Sequence record: DRR723986_618
Reading direction: 5' to 3' (one strand)
DNA: 64,000 nt
A program made the translations under genes and the position numbers. Below the pieces are notes generated by a model. That model saw only the letters and a list, made by a program, of their open reading frames with translations, was not told the DNA's origin and made no database searches. Positions within the stretch are counted from its first letter, which is position 1. The number at the start of each line of letters is the position of its first letter. This document shows, piece after piece, positions 1 to 10,818 of this stretch.

Positions 1-132
1 GGCGCGACCTTGCTTAACCATTTGCAGCAGTTCATCCAGTGACTTGGCTTCTTGAGCCATCACAGGGCTTGATGCCAGAGCGATAGTGCCACCGATAGCC
101 AGTACGGCAGCTTTCAACAGATTACGTTTCAT
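1..132 (-). CDS. N-terminal fragment of probable MotA/TolQ/ExbB-family (TtpC-like) protein; runs off window start
   Basis: ATG at 132 overlaps the DUF3450 stop (TAATG). It reads MKRNLLKAAVLAIGGTIALASSPVMAQEAKSLDELLQMVKQGRA, a signal peptide plus SLDELL motif, and sits directly after a DUF3450 gene as in TonB2-type operons. Confidence 0.6.
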   Translation of the reverse strand, partial: MKRNLLKAAVLAIGGTIALASSPVMAQEAKSLDELLQMVKQGRA

Positions 133-962
133 TATTTAGCAGCCTCCGGAGCCGGAATCGGGAGTTTCATGATATCGATGGACGCCTGCTTACGAGCAAT
201 ACGCAAGCCTTTCTGGATAGCGCCACGGTAGTCGCCAGCATCCAGCTCAGTCCATGTTCCTTGGGTTTTGTCCCAAGCGCCCGACACTTTGCCATCGGTA
301 GTTTGGTAAAGCAGACCGATGCGGCCGATACGGAGGAAGTTAACATCGCGCTCAGCACCGTTGACGGTCGCTACGCCTTTGTAGCTGTCAATTTTGCGGC
401 CGTACTCGTTCTCGATTTTGTAGGCTTCAAGAACCTGACGGAATTTTTCAGCGATGGTGATATCAGAGCGATCCAGGTTGTTGCGCAGGAATTCGATACG
501 CTCTTTGCGTTCCTCGAGGTGGAAAGGAACATCCAACTCAACGAATTGCTCCAGGCCGTCGATCATACGCTGAATCAGTGGGTCGATTTGGCGCTGGATG
601 ATAGTTGCTTCGTCAACCGCTTTTTCCAGGCTTGCGATACGACGCAATTGGCCAGCGATCTGTTTTTCCAAACGCGCGTTGTAGACGCGAAGGCCGTCGA
701 CCTGCTTCATCACTGTTTTGTAGTCTTGAAGCAAATCGCCAGTTTCTGCAGCCAGGCGGTCAATACGAACCTGAGAAGCCTTGGCAGACTTGGTGCGCTG
801 TTCGCCAACTTTGACGATAGCACTCACAGGAATAAGGGGTTTAGCGGGCTTTGCGGGCGCAGCAGCGGCATCTTGCTCAGCTGAATAAGCAGACGATGCA
901 GCCAGCACACCTGCAGTCGCGGCGACCGCCAGCGCGATTGATTTCAATCGATGCATTTTCAT
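132..962 (-). CDS. DUF3450 family periplasmic protein (TtpB-like, TonB2/3 system)
   Basis: Signal peptide, coiled coil, and LEQFVELDVPF, EKFRQVLEAYKIENEYGR and FLRIGRIGL motifs. Confidence 0.8.
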   Translation of the reverse strand: MKMHRLKSIALAVAATAGVLAASSAYSAEQDAAAAPAKPAKPLIPVSAIVKVGEQRTKSAKASQVRIDRLAAETGDLLQDYKTVMKQVDGLRVYNARLEKQIAGQLRRIASLEKAVDEATIIQRQIDPLIQRMIDGLEQFVELDVPFHLEERKERIEFLRNNLDRSDITIAEKFRQVLEAYKIENEYGRKIDSYKGVATVNGAERDVNFLRIGRIGLLYQTTDGKVSGAWDKTQGTWTELDAGDYRGAIQKGLRIARKQASIDIMKLPIPAPEAAK

Positions 963-1254
963 GGGAATTGCTTTTCCTATTTGGGACGTTTAGTGAAAGC
1001 AGAGCTTATTATCTTCTGTCAGCCGTACGGCCAGTCGCAAGACCGTGCTTTCATACAGCGGGACTTATTTTAATCACGGGCTTTCGCAAGAATCAACGAG
1101 AAAGCTAAATGTTTCGTAATATAAAAGTTAGGGAAAATGCGTAAGGAATAATTGTTACCGATACGTAGTTTATGGTAACAATTTCGAGCCACCAAGTAAC
1201 ACTCTCGCAATGAAAGTGACTAGCACATCCCTTTTGAAAACACCAACAAATCCC

Positions 1255-1767
1255 TTACCGGACGCGGCGCTGATAATTGACGAAGGCATAGGCTGGGGCA
1301 CCTTCTTCCGCAGCGAAGTTTTGCCTGGACACCTCACCCCAGTCCCGCTCATCGAGCTCGGGGTAAAAGGCATCGCCATCGACCTCTGCGGCCACTTCCG
1401 TGACGTAAACGCGGTCGACACTACTCAAGCTCTGACGGTATAGCGTCTCACCGCCGATAACGAAAATCTCATCAAGACCATCGCGCTCAGCGCTTTCACG
1501 AGCAACATCCAGCGCGTCTTCAAGTGATGCACAAACCTTGGCACCCGTCGCACCGTAGCCTTGCTGGCGAGTCACAACAATATTTTCACGCCCAGGCAAC
1601 GGGCGGCCGATAGACTCCCAGGTTTTGCGACCCATGATAATGGGCTTGCCCATAGTCAGCGCTTTAAAGTGCTTCAAGTCGGCAGGCAGATGCCACGGCA
1701 GGCGGTTTTCTACTCCAATGACGCGCTGGCGATTCAAGGCGACAATGTGTGCAACAGCTATCGGCAT
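1255..1767 (-). CDS. folA: Dihydrofolate reductase
   Basis: LPWHLPADLKHFK, IMGRKTWESIGRPLPGR and IGG motifs; follows thyA; AAGGA RBS before ATG 1767. Confidence 0.96.
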   Translation of the reverse strand: MPIAVAHIVALNRQRVIGVENRLPWHLPADLKHFKALTMGKPIIMGRKTWESIGRPLPGRENIVVTRQQGYGATGAKVCASLEDALDVARESAERDGLDEIFVIGGETLYRQSLSSVDRVYVTEVAAEVDGDAFYPELDERDWGEVSRQNFAAEEGAPAYAFVNYQRRVR

Positions 1768-1779
1768 TAACACATCCTT

Positions 1780-2619
1780 TTATATAGCAATGGGAGCCTT
1801 GATGGCTGGGTGGGGGTCATAGCCTTCGAACTCGAAGTCGGCAAAGTCATAATCGAAAATCGACGCCGGACGACGATTTATGCGCAGCGTTGGCCGCGCG
1901 CGAGGCTGGCGACGCAATTGCTCTTCGACAATCTCATCGGTGAGATGGTTTTGATAGAGGTGGCAGTCTCCAAAGGTGTGCACAAACTCACCAACATCCA
2001 AATCGCACTGCTGCGCAATCATGTGTGTCAGCAGGGCATAGCTGGCGATATTAAAAGGCACCCCGAGGAATAAATCGGCGCTGCGCTGGTAGAGCTGGCA
2101 AGACAAGCGGCCATTGGCGACATAAAACTGGAACAAGGTGTGGCATGGCGGCAACGCGGCACGACCAGCACGCACATTGTCCTGAGGGCTAACCGACTCA
2201 TCGGGAAGGTCAGCGGGGTTCCAGGCATTCACCAGCAAACGCCGCGAGTCCGGTTTGCGACGGATCATATCCACCACTTCACTAATCTGGTCAATGGTCG
2301 ACCCATCAGGGCAGGCCCAGCTTCGCCACTGTTTGCCATAGATCGGCCCCAGGTCGCCATCCTCCAGCGCCCACTCATCCCAGATCGTCACCCCGCGCTC
2401 TCGCAGCCAGTTGTTGTCACAACTGCCATTTAAGAACCAAATCAATTCATAAATAATGCTGCGAAGGTGCACCTTCTTGGTGGTTAACAACGGAAAGCCC
2501 GCCTGCAGATCAAAGCGCAGCTGGCGACCAAATACCGAGCGCGTTCCCACTCCGGTGCGGTCACCTTTATCCACACCGTTGTCACGCACATCGCGCAATA
2601 AATCTAAATACTGTTGCAT
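1780..2619 (-). CDS. thyA: Thymidylate synthase
   Basis: DRTGVGT, ALPPCH catalytic Cys, [13 protein letters not shown]. Confidence 0.98.
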   Translation of the reverse strand: MQQYLDLLRDVRDNGVDKGDRTGVGTRSVFGRQLRFDLQAGFPLLTTKKVHLRSIIYELIWFLNGSCDNNWLRERGVTIWDEWALEDGDLGPIYGKQWRSWACPDGSTIDQISEVVDMIRRKPDSRRLLVNAWNPADLPDESVSPQDNVRAGRAALPPCHTLFQFYVANGRLSCQLYQRSADLFLGVPFNIASYALLTHMIAQQCDLDVGEFVHTFGDCHLYQNHLTDEIVEEQLRRQPRARPTLRINRRPASIFDYDFADFEFEGYDPHPAIKAPIAI

Positions 2620-2623
2620 AACC

Positions 2624-3418
2624 CTATCCTTGCACTCTTTCTCGACGGTAGGCGTAGATCAACACCCCCAACCCCACCGCAATCATCGGCAGCGACAATA
2701 ACTGTCCACGCGTTACCCAGCCAAGCGCATCGAAGCCGATATGGCCATCTGGCTCGCGGAAAAACTCCACGACAAATCTGAAAATCCCGTAGCACAGCAC
2801 AAAGAGTGCGCCGGGCGCCAACCGGGGGCGCTGCTTGCGGGTATAGAGGAACACGATCAAAAACAGCAACACGCCCTCTAACGCAAACTGGTAAAGCTGC
2901 GACGGGTGGCGCGGCAACTGACTGGGGTCGCGCGGAAAGACCATCCCGATCGCACTGTCGGTTGGCCGCCCCCAGAGCTCCTGACCGATGAAGTTGCCAA
3001 TGCGCCCAAGACCCAAACCTATGGGAACCAAGGGAGCAATAAAGTCCCACAGCGCATAGATCGACACATCAATACGCTTGGCGTAGATCGCGATGGCAAG
3101 CACGACACCCAAGAACCCACCATGAAACGCCATGCCCCCTTCCCAAATACGGAAAAGCCAAAGCGGGTCAGCGAGAAATTGCTCGAAATTGTAAAACACC
3201 ACATAGCCAAACCGGCCACCGAGAATAACCCCCAGCGCCCCATAGAAAATCAGATCTTCCAACTGATCCTCCTTCAGCGGACTCCAGGGCTGCCTGCAGC
3301 GCATTTTGCCGATGTACCAAGCCGCGGCAAAACCCGCTAAGTACATCAGGCCGTACCAATGTATCGCCAGTGGCCCCAGCTGAACGGCAACAGGGTCGAT
3401 GTCTGGATGCCTGAGCAT
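2624..3418 (-). CDS. lgt: Prolipoprotein diacylglyceryl transferase
   Basis: [32 protein letters not shown]; start trimmed to ATG 3418 (MLRHPDIDP). Confidence 0.96.
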   Translation of the reverse strand: MLRHPDIDPVAVQLGPLAIHWYGLMYLAGFAAAWYIGKMRCRQPWSPLKEDQLEDLIFYGALGVILGGRFGYVVFYNFEQFLADPLWLFRIWEGGMAFHGGFLGVVLAIAIYAKRIDVSIYALWDFIAPLVPIGLGLGRIGNFIGQELWGRPTDSAIGMVFPRDPSQLPRHPSQLYQFALEGVLLFLIVFLYTRKQRPRLAPGALFVLCYGIFRFVVEFFREPDGHIGFDALGWVTRGQLLSLPMIAVGLGVLIYAYRRERVQG

Positions 3419-3419
3419 A

Positions 3420-4214
3420 TTAAAGAGCTCCGTATATAAAGTGGCTGCCAACGGCGAGCAGAAATAACGCAAAACCTTGCTTTAGCCGACGAGCAGGTAG
3501 TTTCTGAGCCAGATTAGCGCCCAATTTAGCACAGGGAGTACTGCACAGGATGATTGCCAGCAATGCCGGCCAATACACAAAACCACTAGACCACGCAGGC
3601 AGCGCTGAGTGCCCATAACCGGCAACAATATTTGTCAGCGCACCGACAATGGCAATGGGTAAGCCGCAAGCTGCCGACGTTGCCACCGCGCGCTGCATCT
3701 TCACATTGCACCATGTGAGAAAGGGCACGGTGAGTGAGCCACCACCGATGCCAAACAGCGCCGATAAGAAACCGATAAAACCGCCGGCCAGCAGCGTTTG
3801 CGGGCGAGCCGGCAACTGCCGGTCGGCGGGTGGTGATAAGCCAAATGCCATTTGCGCAGCAATCAACAGAGCAAAAATACCAAACACTAACTTGAGGCGC
3901 TCACCGGGCAAGGAGGCCGCAAGGGCAACACCGCCCACTACGCCAATCGCAATACCGGGCGCCAGTAGCCGCCAGGTTGGCCAATCAACGTTGCCGTGAC
4001 GCTGATGCGCCCTTACGGAGCTGACAGAAGTGAACACAATGCTGGCCAGCGATGTCCCCACCGCCAGCTGAACCGCAACCAGCGATGACACCCCCTGCAG
4101 CGCAAAGCAGTAGATCAGCGCCGGCACTATCACCAGGCCGCCGCCCACCCCAAACAACCCCGCAGACAGGCCTGCTAGCGCACCAACAGCGAGATAGATA
4201 AGAACAACGGTCAC
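3420..4214 (-). CDS. Sulfite exporter TauE/SafE (TSUP) family membrane protein
   Basis: Repeated GLFGVGGG / LFGIGGG motifs, AVGTSLA, multiple TM segments; GTG start inferred. Confidence 0.85.
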   Translation of the reverse strand: MTVVLIYLAVGALAGLSAGLFGVGGGLVIVPALIYCFALQGVSSLVAVQLAVGTSLASIVFTSVSSVRAHQRHGNVDWPTWRLLAPGIAIGVVGGVALAASLPGERLKLVFGIFALLIAAQMAFGLSPPADRQLPARPQTLLAGGFIGFLSALFGIGGGSLTVPFLTWCNVKMQRAVATSAACGLPIAIVGALTNIVAGYGHSALPAWSSGFVYWPALLAIILCSTPCAKLGANLAQKLPARRLKQGFALFLLAVGSHFIYGAL

Positions 4215-4275
4215 GCCAGCTCTCCGCCACAAAGCCTGCTATTATGAACAGCCCTGATTTCAAGTGCCACCCGCC

Positions 4276-4995
4276 ATGTGTTTAATTTTATTGTCTTGGC
4301 AACAACAGTCAGCGCGCCCCCTGATCGTCGCCGCAAACCGTGACGAATTTTTTGAGCGCCCCACCCTCCCAGCGCACTTTTGGCCAGAGTCACCCCACAT
4401 TCTGGCTGGCAGGGATCAGCAATTTGGCGGCAGCTGGCTGGGTTTAAGCACCAACGGGCGCTTCGCCGCCATTACCAACTTACGCAATCGGGACGTCGGT
4501 GATCAAAGCCGGGGCGAGCTGGTTCGCCGCTTCCTCGATAGCAGCGAGCGCTGCTCAACGTTTTTCGATGAATTAGAGACAGAGAAATACCAGTACCGCC
4601 CCTTCAACTTTATCGCATTTGACGGCAGCACCCTGGCTCACAGCGACAATATCTCTTCGGGCTGGAACAACTTAGAAGCGGGGATACACTGTATTGGCAA
4701 CATCCCACACACGGTGCGCAGCGCAAAAACGGATCAGGCGCTCGCCGCCTTCAAGCCCTTAGCGGCAGGGCACGACGACCCAACACCCTTGCTGACATTC
4801 ATGCAAGACGAAAGCCCCACTGTCGACAGTGACGACGAGCTACAAAAGATGTTGTCCTGCCGCTTTGTGCGAAGCTCAGTCTACGGCACCCGTTCCACTA
4901 GCATCGTTTTTGTTCGCAAAGGCGGCGCGGAGCTGTGGGAGCAAGGTTACGACAGCGAACAGCGCCCTGCCGAACTTCGCCACTTTCAGGTGTAA
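4276..4995 (+). CDS. NRDE/TANGO2 family protein
   Basis: Starts MCLI, contains AANRDEFF, GGSWLG, SRGELV and YGTRS. Confidence 0.9.
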   Translation: MCLILLSWQQQSARPLIVAANRDEFFERPTLPAHFWPESPHILAGRDQQFGGSWLGLSTNGRFAAITNLRNRDVGDQSRGELVRRFLDSSERCSTFFDELETEKYQYRPFNFIAFDGSTLAHSDNISSGWNNLEAGIHCIGNIPHTVRSAKTDQALAAFKPLAAGHDDPTPLLTFMQDESPTVDSDDELQKMLSCRFVRSSVYGTRSTSIVFVRKGGAELWEQGYDSEQRPAELRHFQV

Positions 4996-5018
4996 TGCTC
5001 AGGCTCGCGGGCATGCAC

Positions 5019-7280
5019 TCAGGGCCCGGGGGGCAACAACTTTTCCATCCCGGATTCGGCCAGCGCGCTGCGCAATAAGGCGCGGACTTCATCAGCCGTA
5101 TCGGCAGCCATCGCGGTTGTTAGCAGGTTTTTCAAGTCACTCATCGTCGACGCTCTAACCACCGCTTTTACACGCAGCAAGCTGTTATCGTTCATCGAGA
5201 GCATGTCGTAGCCCATCGCGGTCAATAGCAGCACCGCTCCGGGGTCGCCTGCCAGCTCACCACAAATACCCACCGGTTTACCTTCGGCATGCGCGGCATC
5301 CACTACATTCAGCAAGCTGCCCAGCACTGCTGGGTGGTAGGCGTGATAGAGATCAGCCACGCGGGTATTATTGCGATCCACCGCCAGCAAGTATTGCGTC
5401 AGGTCATTCGAGCCGACCGACAGAAAATCGACACGACGGGCAAGCTGACGGGCTTGGTACACCGCCGCGGGCACCTCCACCATCACGCCAATAGGGGGCA
5501 GGCTGATATCCCAACCATCCTCAACCAGCTCATCATAAGCGCGACGCACCAGCACAAGGGCCTCATCCACCTCTTGGACGTTGCTGATCATCGGCAACAT
5601 GATGCGAAGGTTATCCAGCCCCGAGCTCGCCTTGAGCATCGCCCTGACTTGCACCAGAAATATTTCGGGGTGGTCCAACGTAACGCGAATGCCGCGCCAT
5701 CCTAGAAAAGGATTTTCCTCATCAATGGGGAAGTATGGCAGCGCCTTGTCGCCACCAATATCCAGGGTGCGCATGGTGACCGGTAGCGGTGCAAACGCTA
5801 GTAATTGCTCGCGATAAATAATCCGCTGCTCTTCTTCACTGGGGAAGCGCTCTCGCAATAGGAAAGGAATTTCTGTTCGATACAGGCCAACGCCCTCTGC
5901 CCCGCGATCGAGCGAGCGCGCGACATCCGCCATCAAACCGGTGTTCACCCACAGCGGCATGCGATGGCCATCACGCGTTTCGCTCGGCAAGTCACGAAGT
6001 GCCTCCAGTCCTTGGCTCAGCGCCTGATCTTCCTCAAGCAATGCCCGAAAATGCTCAGAGACTTCCGGCGTTGGGTTGTAGTGCACATAGCCGCTGTAAC
6101 CATCAACGACCAGGCTGGCATGCTCTATCTGGGTATAGGGCAAATCGCTTGCCCCCATCACCGTGGGGATACCCATCGCTCGCGCGAGAATCGCAACATG
6201 GGAGTTGCTGGAGCCTCTCACCGACACCATGCCCACCAGCTTTTCTCTGGGCACTTCCCCAAGCATCGACGCCGTCAGTTCTTCGCCGACCAGGATTGTG
6301 TCAGCGGGGTAATCGGTATCGCGCTCGTTACTCGCCTGCAAGTAACTCAACACCCGCCGCCCAAGGTCTTTAATGTCGGTTGCGCGATCTTTGAAATACG
6401 GGTCGTCCATCATTTCAAAGGTGTTGATGTGGCCACTGACAACCTGAGCCAACGCCCCCTGCGCCCACTCGCCCTCGCGAATTTTTGCCTCCACTTCAGA
6501 CAGCCAGACGCCGTCATCGAGAATTCGCAGATAGACATCGAACAATGCCAATTCTTCCGGAGACAGTTGCCCGACAAGCTTGCCACTGAGCTCGCGAATA
6601 TCGACGCGCACCGCATCGAGCGCCGCCTCAAAGGCCCGCAGCTCTGCGTCGGCGTCCTCGCTGCGGCGCTGAGGCACCGAATGCAACTCAGCACTGGGAA
6701 CGATCACTACCGCGCGACCAATGGCCACGCCCGGCGCACCCGCGATCCCTTTAAACAAGGCAGAAGCGGTCACAGAGTCTTGCGTCTTTGAAATTGAACC
6801 GGTTGCTCGCGCATGGGCCAACACACCTGCCAACTGCGCGGACATGGTGACCAAAAACGCCTCTTCTTCCTCGTCGAAGCGGCGGCTATCCTTCTGCTGC
6901 ACAACCAACACCCCCAGCACTTCGCGCTGGTGGATAATGGGTGCCCCCAGGAAAGAGTGGTATTGCTCTTCACCAATACCCGGTAGCAATAAAAAGTTGG
7001 GGTGTTTCTCGGCGTGGTCGAGGTTCAGCGGCTCCTCGCGGCGCGCCACCTGGCCGACCAACCCCTCGTCGGCCGCCAGGCTCGCTTTCCCGATTAAATC
7101 TGGGTTGAGGCCTTGGTTCGCCATAAAGATGAGACGACCACTCTCGGGGTTGCGAAGGTAGACCGTGCACACCTCGGTGCCCATCACCTCAGCAATGCGC
7201 TCGACAATAATATCCAGCGCTGCCTGCAGATTACCCGCCGCATTAACCGCCTGAACTATTCCTCGCAGCGCCGCCAGCAT
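5019..7280 (-). CDS. ptsP: Phosphoenolpyruvate-protein phosphotransferase EI-Ntr (GAF + enzyme I)
   Basis: N-terminal GAF, GSSNSHVAILAR phospho-His, GVGLYRTE, RTLDIGGDK, SVGSNDL; follows rppH. Confidence 0.97.
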   Translation of the reverse strand: MLAALRGIVQAVNAAGNLQAALDIIVERIAEVMGTEVCTVYLRNPESGRLIFMANQGLNPDLIGKASLAADEGLVGQVARREEPLNLDHAEKHPNFLLLPGIGEEQYHSFLGAPIIHQREVLGVLVVQQKDSRRFDEEEEAFLVTMSAQLAGVLAHARATGSISKTQDSVTASALFKGIAGAPGVAIGRAVVIVPSAELHSVPQRRSEDADAELRAFEAALDAVRVDIRELSGKLVGQLSPEELALFDVYLRILDDGVWLSEVEAKIREGEWAQGALAQVVSGHINTFEMMDDPYFKDRATDIKDLGRRVLSYLQASNERDTDYPADTILVGEELTASMLGEVPREKLVGMVSVRGSSNSHVAILARAMGIPTVMGASDLPYTQIEHASLVVDGYSGYVHYNPTPEVSEHFRALLEEDQALSQGLEALRDLPSETRDGHRMPLWVNTGLMADVARSLDRGAEGVGLYRTEIPFLLRERFPSEEEQRIIYREQLLAFAPLPVTMRTLDIGGDKALPYFPIDEENPFLGWRGIRVTLDHPEIFLVQVRAMLKASSGLDNLRIMLPMISNVQEVDEALVLVRRAYDELVEDGWDISLPPIGVMVEVPAAVYQARQLARRVDFLSVGSNDLTQYLLAVDRNNTRVADLYHAYHPAVLGSLLNVVDAAHAEGKPVGICGELAGDPGAVLLLTAMGYDMLSMNDNSLLRVKAVVRASTMSDLKNLLTTAMAADTADEVRALLRSALAESGMEKLLPPGP

Positions 7281-7786
7281 CAGCTTGAATGACTCCCTTG
7301 GGTATCTCGCAGTAGACGAACATGCCTGCCCGCCAACTCTTTCATCGCGCGGCGGTACACTTCACGCTTAAAGGCCACCACCTGGCCGAGTGGATACCAG
7401 TAGCTCACCCACTGCCAATAATCAAACTCTGGCTTGCGGCCACAATTAAAGCGGATATCGGCCTCATTACCGACCATTCGCAACAAAAACCACTTTTGCT
7501 TCTGACCGATACACAGCGGCTTATTGTCTTTACGAATCAGCCGTTTGGGCAATCGGTAGCGCAACCAACCGCGCGTGCAAGCGAGAATTTCAACATCGCT
7601 TTCTCTCAGGCCAACCTCTTCATACAGCTCGCGGTACAGGGCCTGCTCTGGGGTTTCGCCGTCGTTAATCCCACCCTGGGGAAATTGCCAGGCGCTCTGA
7701 CCGACACGGCGCGCCCACAACACCTGACCGCAGTCATTGGCGATAACAATGCCAACGTTGGGACGAAATCCATCCGAATCAATCAC
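7280..7786 (-). CDS. rppH: RNA pyrophosphohydrolase (Nudix)
   Basis: [20 protein letters not shown], Nudix box [16 protein letters not shown]. Confidence 0.97.
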   Translation of the reverse strand: MIDSDGFRPNVGIVIANDCGQVLWARRVGQSAWQFPQGGINDGETPEQALYRELYEEVGLRESDVEILACTRGWLRYRLPKRLIRKDNKPLCIGQKQKWFLLRMVGNEADIRFNCGRKPEFDYWQWVSYWYPLGQVVAFKREVYRRAMKELAGRHVRLLRDTQGSHSS

Positions 7787-8000
7787 ATGCTCACCTGTGT
7801 TAACGTTTTTTTCTAATTTGATCTATTGTTCCACAAATTCGTGGAGCTGGGAATTCGCCCCAGCGGCTGCAAATTCGCGCAGTGCTGCCAATGCCAGAGC
7901 AGACAAGGCAAAAGCCGATGCAAAAGCCACGCCGAGAAGCTATGCTTGCCGTTTTTGCAGTCACGCCCAGCCAACGGGCCTAGTTAAGTAAGGGTTTACG

Positions 8001-8654
8001 ATGACCTTGGCGATATTCGACCTCGACAACACCCTGATTGCCGGTGACAGTGATCACGCCTGGGGGGAATTCCTCGTCGAGCGGGGCCTCGTGGATGGTG
8101 ACGAACACCGTCGGCGCAATGATGAATTCTATCAACAATACCAACAGGGTGGCCTCGACATCGAAGCCTACCTGCGCTTCGCCCTTGCCCCCATCGCCGG
8201 GAAATCACCGGCAGAGCTATCCGCCCTGCATCAAGACTTTATGGCGAGTTACATTACCCCCATGCGCCTGCCGCGAGCACAGGCTCTGATCGACAAGCAT
8301 CGCCAGCAGGGACATTGCCTAATGATTATTACCGCCACTAACCGCTTTGTCACCGAGCCCATTGCGCGCGCCATGGGCATTAAGGTGATGTTAGCCAGCG
8401 AGCCTGAGCTCCGCGATGGACGCTACACCGGAGACAGCACCGATATACCGTGTTTCCAAGCGGGCAAGGTTGTGCGCCTGCAGCGCTGGCTACGCGAAAA
8501 TGGCGAGACGCTCACAGGCAGTTATTTTTACAGTGACTCCCACAACGACCTACCCTTGCTGAAGCACGTCGACAACCCCGTGGCTGTCGACCCCGACGAT
8601 ACCTTGCGCGCCGCCGCCGAAGAAGCCGGCTGGCCAATTGTGAGTTTACGCTGA
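8001..8654 (+). CDS. HAD-IB family phosphatase (possible histidinol-phosphatase)
   Basis: FDLDNTL motif I, ITAT, YSDSHNDLPLL; divergent from rppH as in Pseudomonas. Confidence 0.85.
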   Translation: MTLAIFDLDNTLIAGDSDHAWGEFLVERGLVDGDEHRRRNDEFYQQYQQGGLDIEAYLRFALAPIAGKSPAELSALHQDFMASYITPMRLPRAQALIDKHRQQGHCLMIITATNRFVTEPIARAMGIKVMLASEPELRDGRYTGDSTDIPCFQAGKVVRLQRWLRENGETLTGSYFYSDSHNDLPLLKHVDNPVAVDPDDTLRAAAEEAGWPIVSLR

Positions 8655-8656
8655 GC

Positions 8657-8693
8657 AAAAAAACGGCGGCACACGCTATTGCGAGGCCGCCGT
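8657..8693 (-). terminator. Rho-independent terminator after gcvH (may also stop the convergent HAD gene)
   Basis: ACGGCGGC...GCCGCCGT stem with A7 on the + strand (U7 on the - strand). Confidence 0.6.
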
Positions 8694-8712
8694 CATCGCG
8701 TAGAAGGCGAGA

Positions 8713-9099
8713 TTAGCCGTCACATTGTGCGTCGTAATCGTCGTTGCTAAGCAGGTTATCCAGTTCGCTAACGTCGCTGGGCTTCAAACGGAAGAACCAA
8801 CCGTCGCTGTAGGGGTATTCATTTACCGTTTCGGGGCTTTCTTCAAGCGCGTCGTTCACGGCAACGACTTCGCCCGACACCGGCGCGTAAATGTCAGAAG
8901 CCGCTTTCACTGACTCGACCACCGCCGCCTCTTCACCGGCACCATATTCCGCGCCCACTTCTGGCAGCTCTACGAAGACTACGTCGCCGAGCGAGTCCTG
9001 CGCGTGATGGGTGATGCCCACAGTAACAGTGCCGTCTTCTTCCAAGCGAGCCCACTCGTGGCTGCTGGCATACTTCAGTTCGCTGGGGGTGTTGCTCAT
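8713..9099 (-). CDS. gcvH: Glycine cleavage system H protein (lipoyl carrier)
   Basis: [33 protein letters not shown] lipoyl-Lys, PYSDGW. Confidence 0.97.
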   Translation of the reverse strand: MSNTPSELKYASSHEWARLEEDGTVTVGITHHAQDSLGDVVFVELPEVGAEYGAGEEAAVVESVKAASDIYAPVSGEVVAVNDALEESPETVNEYPYSDGWFFRLKPSDVSELDNLLSNDDYDAQCDG

Positions 9100-9168
9100 G
9101 GAGCGCTCCTGGCTGACAAGGGATATTTGCAGCGCATTTTACCGCCGCCGCCGGCAAATACAAAGGCC

Positions 9169-10818
9169 TCAGCGCCCGCGACTGGCACGAATGCTTAACA
9201 TCACCGGTATTAAACCCGCCAATACCAGCGTCAGGGCAGGCAACGCCGCCAACTGCCACTGCCCTTCAGCCGTCATTTCAAATATCCGCACCGCCAAGGT
9301 GTCCCAGCCAAACGGCCGCAACAACAGCGTGGCGGGCATTTCTTTCATCACGTCGACAAACACCAACACCAGAGCCGTCAACACGCCCGGGCGCAACATC
9401 GGCAGATAAACCTCCCAAAGCAGGCGCCAATTCCCGGCGCCCAGGGTTCTGGCCACCTCGGGCAAACTCGGTTTTACTCGCTCTAACGCCGAGTCCAGCG
9501 GGCCACTGGCGACCGCCAAAAAACGAATCCAGTAAGCGGCCAGCAGGGTTAGCACGGTTCCCATCAACAGGGGCTTGGGGTCGAGCCCCAGCCACGCTTG
9601 AAGCGGCAGCAGCCACTGTCGATCAAGCCAACTGAATGACAGCATAATTCCCACTGCCAACACCGACCCGGGCAGCGCGTAGCCCAGCTGCGCGGCGGCA
9701 AAGATACTACCCCAGCGACCGCGACTGAAACGGCGACAAAAGGCCAGCAGTAGCGCCAGGGTAACGGTAAGCACAGCAGCCATGGCAGCCAACCAAAGGG
9801 AGTGACCAAGCAGGGCAAAGAAACGCGATGTCAGCTGGCTTACCCCCTCGCCCACGGCCCAGTCCAGCAATTGCAGCATGGGCAATACAAAGGCAAACGC
9901 CAAAACCAACGCGCAATAAGCGCTCACCAGGCCAGCCAACAACGGCGGCAGCGGAAAGCGTCTTAGGTGCTGCAGCTTCGCCCCCTGAACAAACAGCCCG
10001 TGTCCACGCGAGCGCCGCTCAGCAAACAGCGTCACGCCAACGAAAAGCAGCAGCAACGATGCCAACTGCGCAGCAGCTTGCAGACTGAAGAAGCCGAACC
10101 AAGACTTGTAGATGGCGGTGGTAAAGGTGTCGTAATTAAACACCGCAACCGTGCCAAAATCCGCGAGGGTTTCCATTAATGCCAAGCCCACACCGGCAGC
10201 AATTGCCGGTCGCGCCATCGGCAGTGCCACTCGGAAAAAGGCTTGGCGACTGGTGCAACCCAACACTCGTGCCACTTCCAACGTCTCGCTACTTTGAGAC
10301 AGAAAGGCGCTGCGCGCCAGCATGTAAACGTAGGGGTACAAGACCAGGGAAAATACGACAATTACACTGGCCCGATTGCGCACATCGATGCCCCAACCGG
10401 CGCCTAACAGCTCCCGCAGTTGCGTCTGCAATGGGCCGCCAAAGTCGAATACTCCCAGTACAACGAAGGCCATAACATAGGCGGGCACTGCCAGCGGCAA
10501 CATCAACAACCATTCAAATGCCGCGCGCCCAGGGAACTGGCACATGACGGTGAACCACGCCAGACTGACGCCGATCACTGAGACCAAAACACCGACACCA
10601 AGCATCAGGAACAGGGTATTTGCCACCAGGCGGGGCAATTGCGTTTCAACCAGATGCTGCCATATCTCGACTTCCGGGCTTAACCAGCTGCTCGCCAATA
10701 CCACAACGGGCACCAGCACCGCGCAGACCAGCGCCACCCCCGCCGCCCTGAGTAGCCACAGTGGCGTCGGCCGCAAGCGCCGCTGATTCGCCACGCGGGC
10801 ACGCTGGGCAAGTTGCAT
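9169..10818 (-). CDS. Fe(III) ABC transporter permease (FbpB/FutB-like)
   Basis: Two EAA-type loops (EVARVLG, EVARTLG), PLAVPAYV, KEMPATLLLRPFG. Confidence 0.9.
   Translation of the reverse strand: MQLAQRARVANQRRLRPTPLWLLRAAGVALVCAVLVPVVVLASSWLSPEVEIWQHLVETQLPRLVANTLFLMLGVGVLVSVIGVSLAWFTVMCQFPGRAAFEWLLMLPLAVPAYVMAFVVLGVFDFGGPLQTQLRELLGAGWGIDVRNRASVIVVFSLVLYPYVYMLARSAFLSQSSETLEVARVLGCTSRQAFFRVALPMARPAIAAGVGLALMETLADFGTVAVFNYDTFTTAIYKSWFGFFSLQAAAQLASLLLLFVGVTLFAERRSRGHGLFVQGAKLQHLRRFPLPPLLAGLVSAYCALVLAFAFVLPMLQLLDWAVGEGVSQLTSRFFALLGHSLWLAAMAAVLTVTLALLLAFCRRFSRGRWGSIFAAAQLGYALPGSVLAVGIMLSFSWLDRQWLLPLQAWLGLDPKPLLMGTVLTLLAAYWIRFLAVASGPLDSALERVKPSLPEVARTLGAGNWRLLWEVYLPMLRPGVLTALVLVFVDVMKEMPATLLLRPFGWDTLAVRIFEMTAEGQWQLAALPALTLVLAGLIPVMLSIRASRGR

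Noticed and set aside
7835..7846. ATTGTTCCACA upstream of rppH as a DnaA box / DARS2-like site
   Set aside because: Single imperfect match with no cluster; it reads better as an extended -10 (TGTGGAACAAT) for rppH on the - strand
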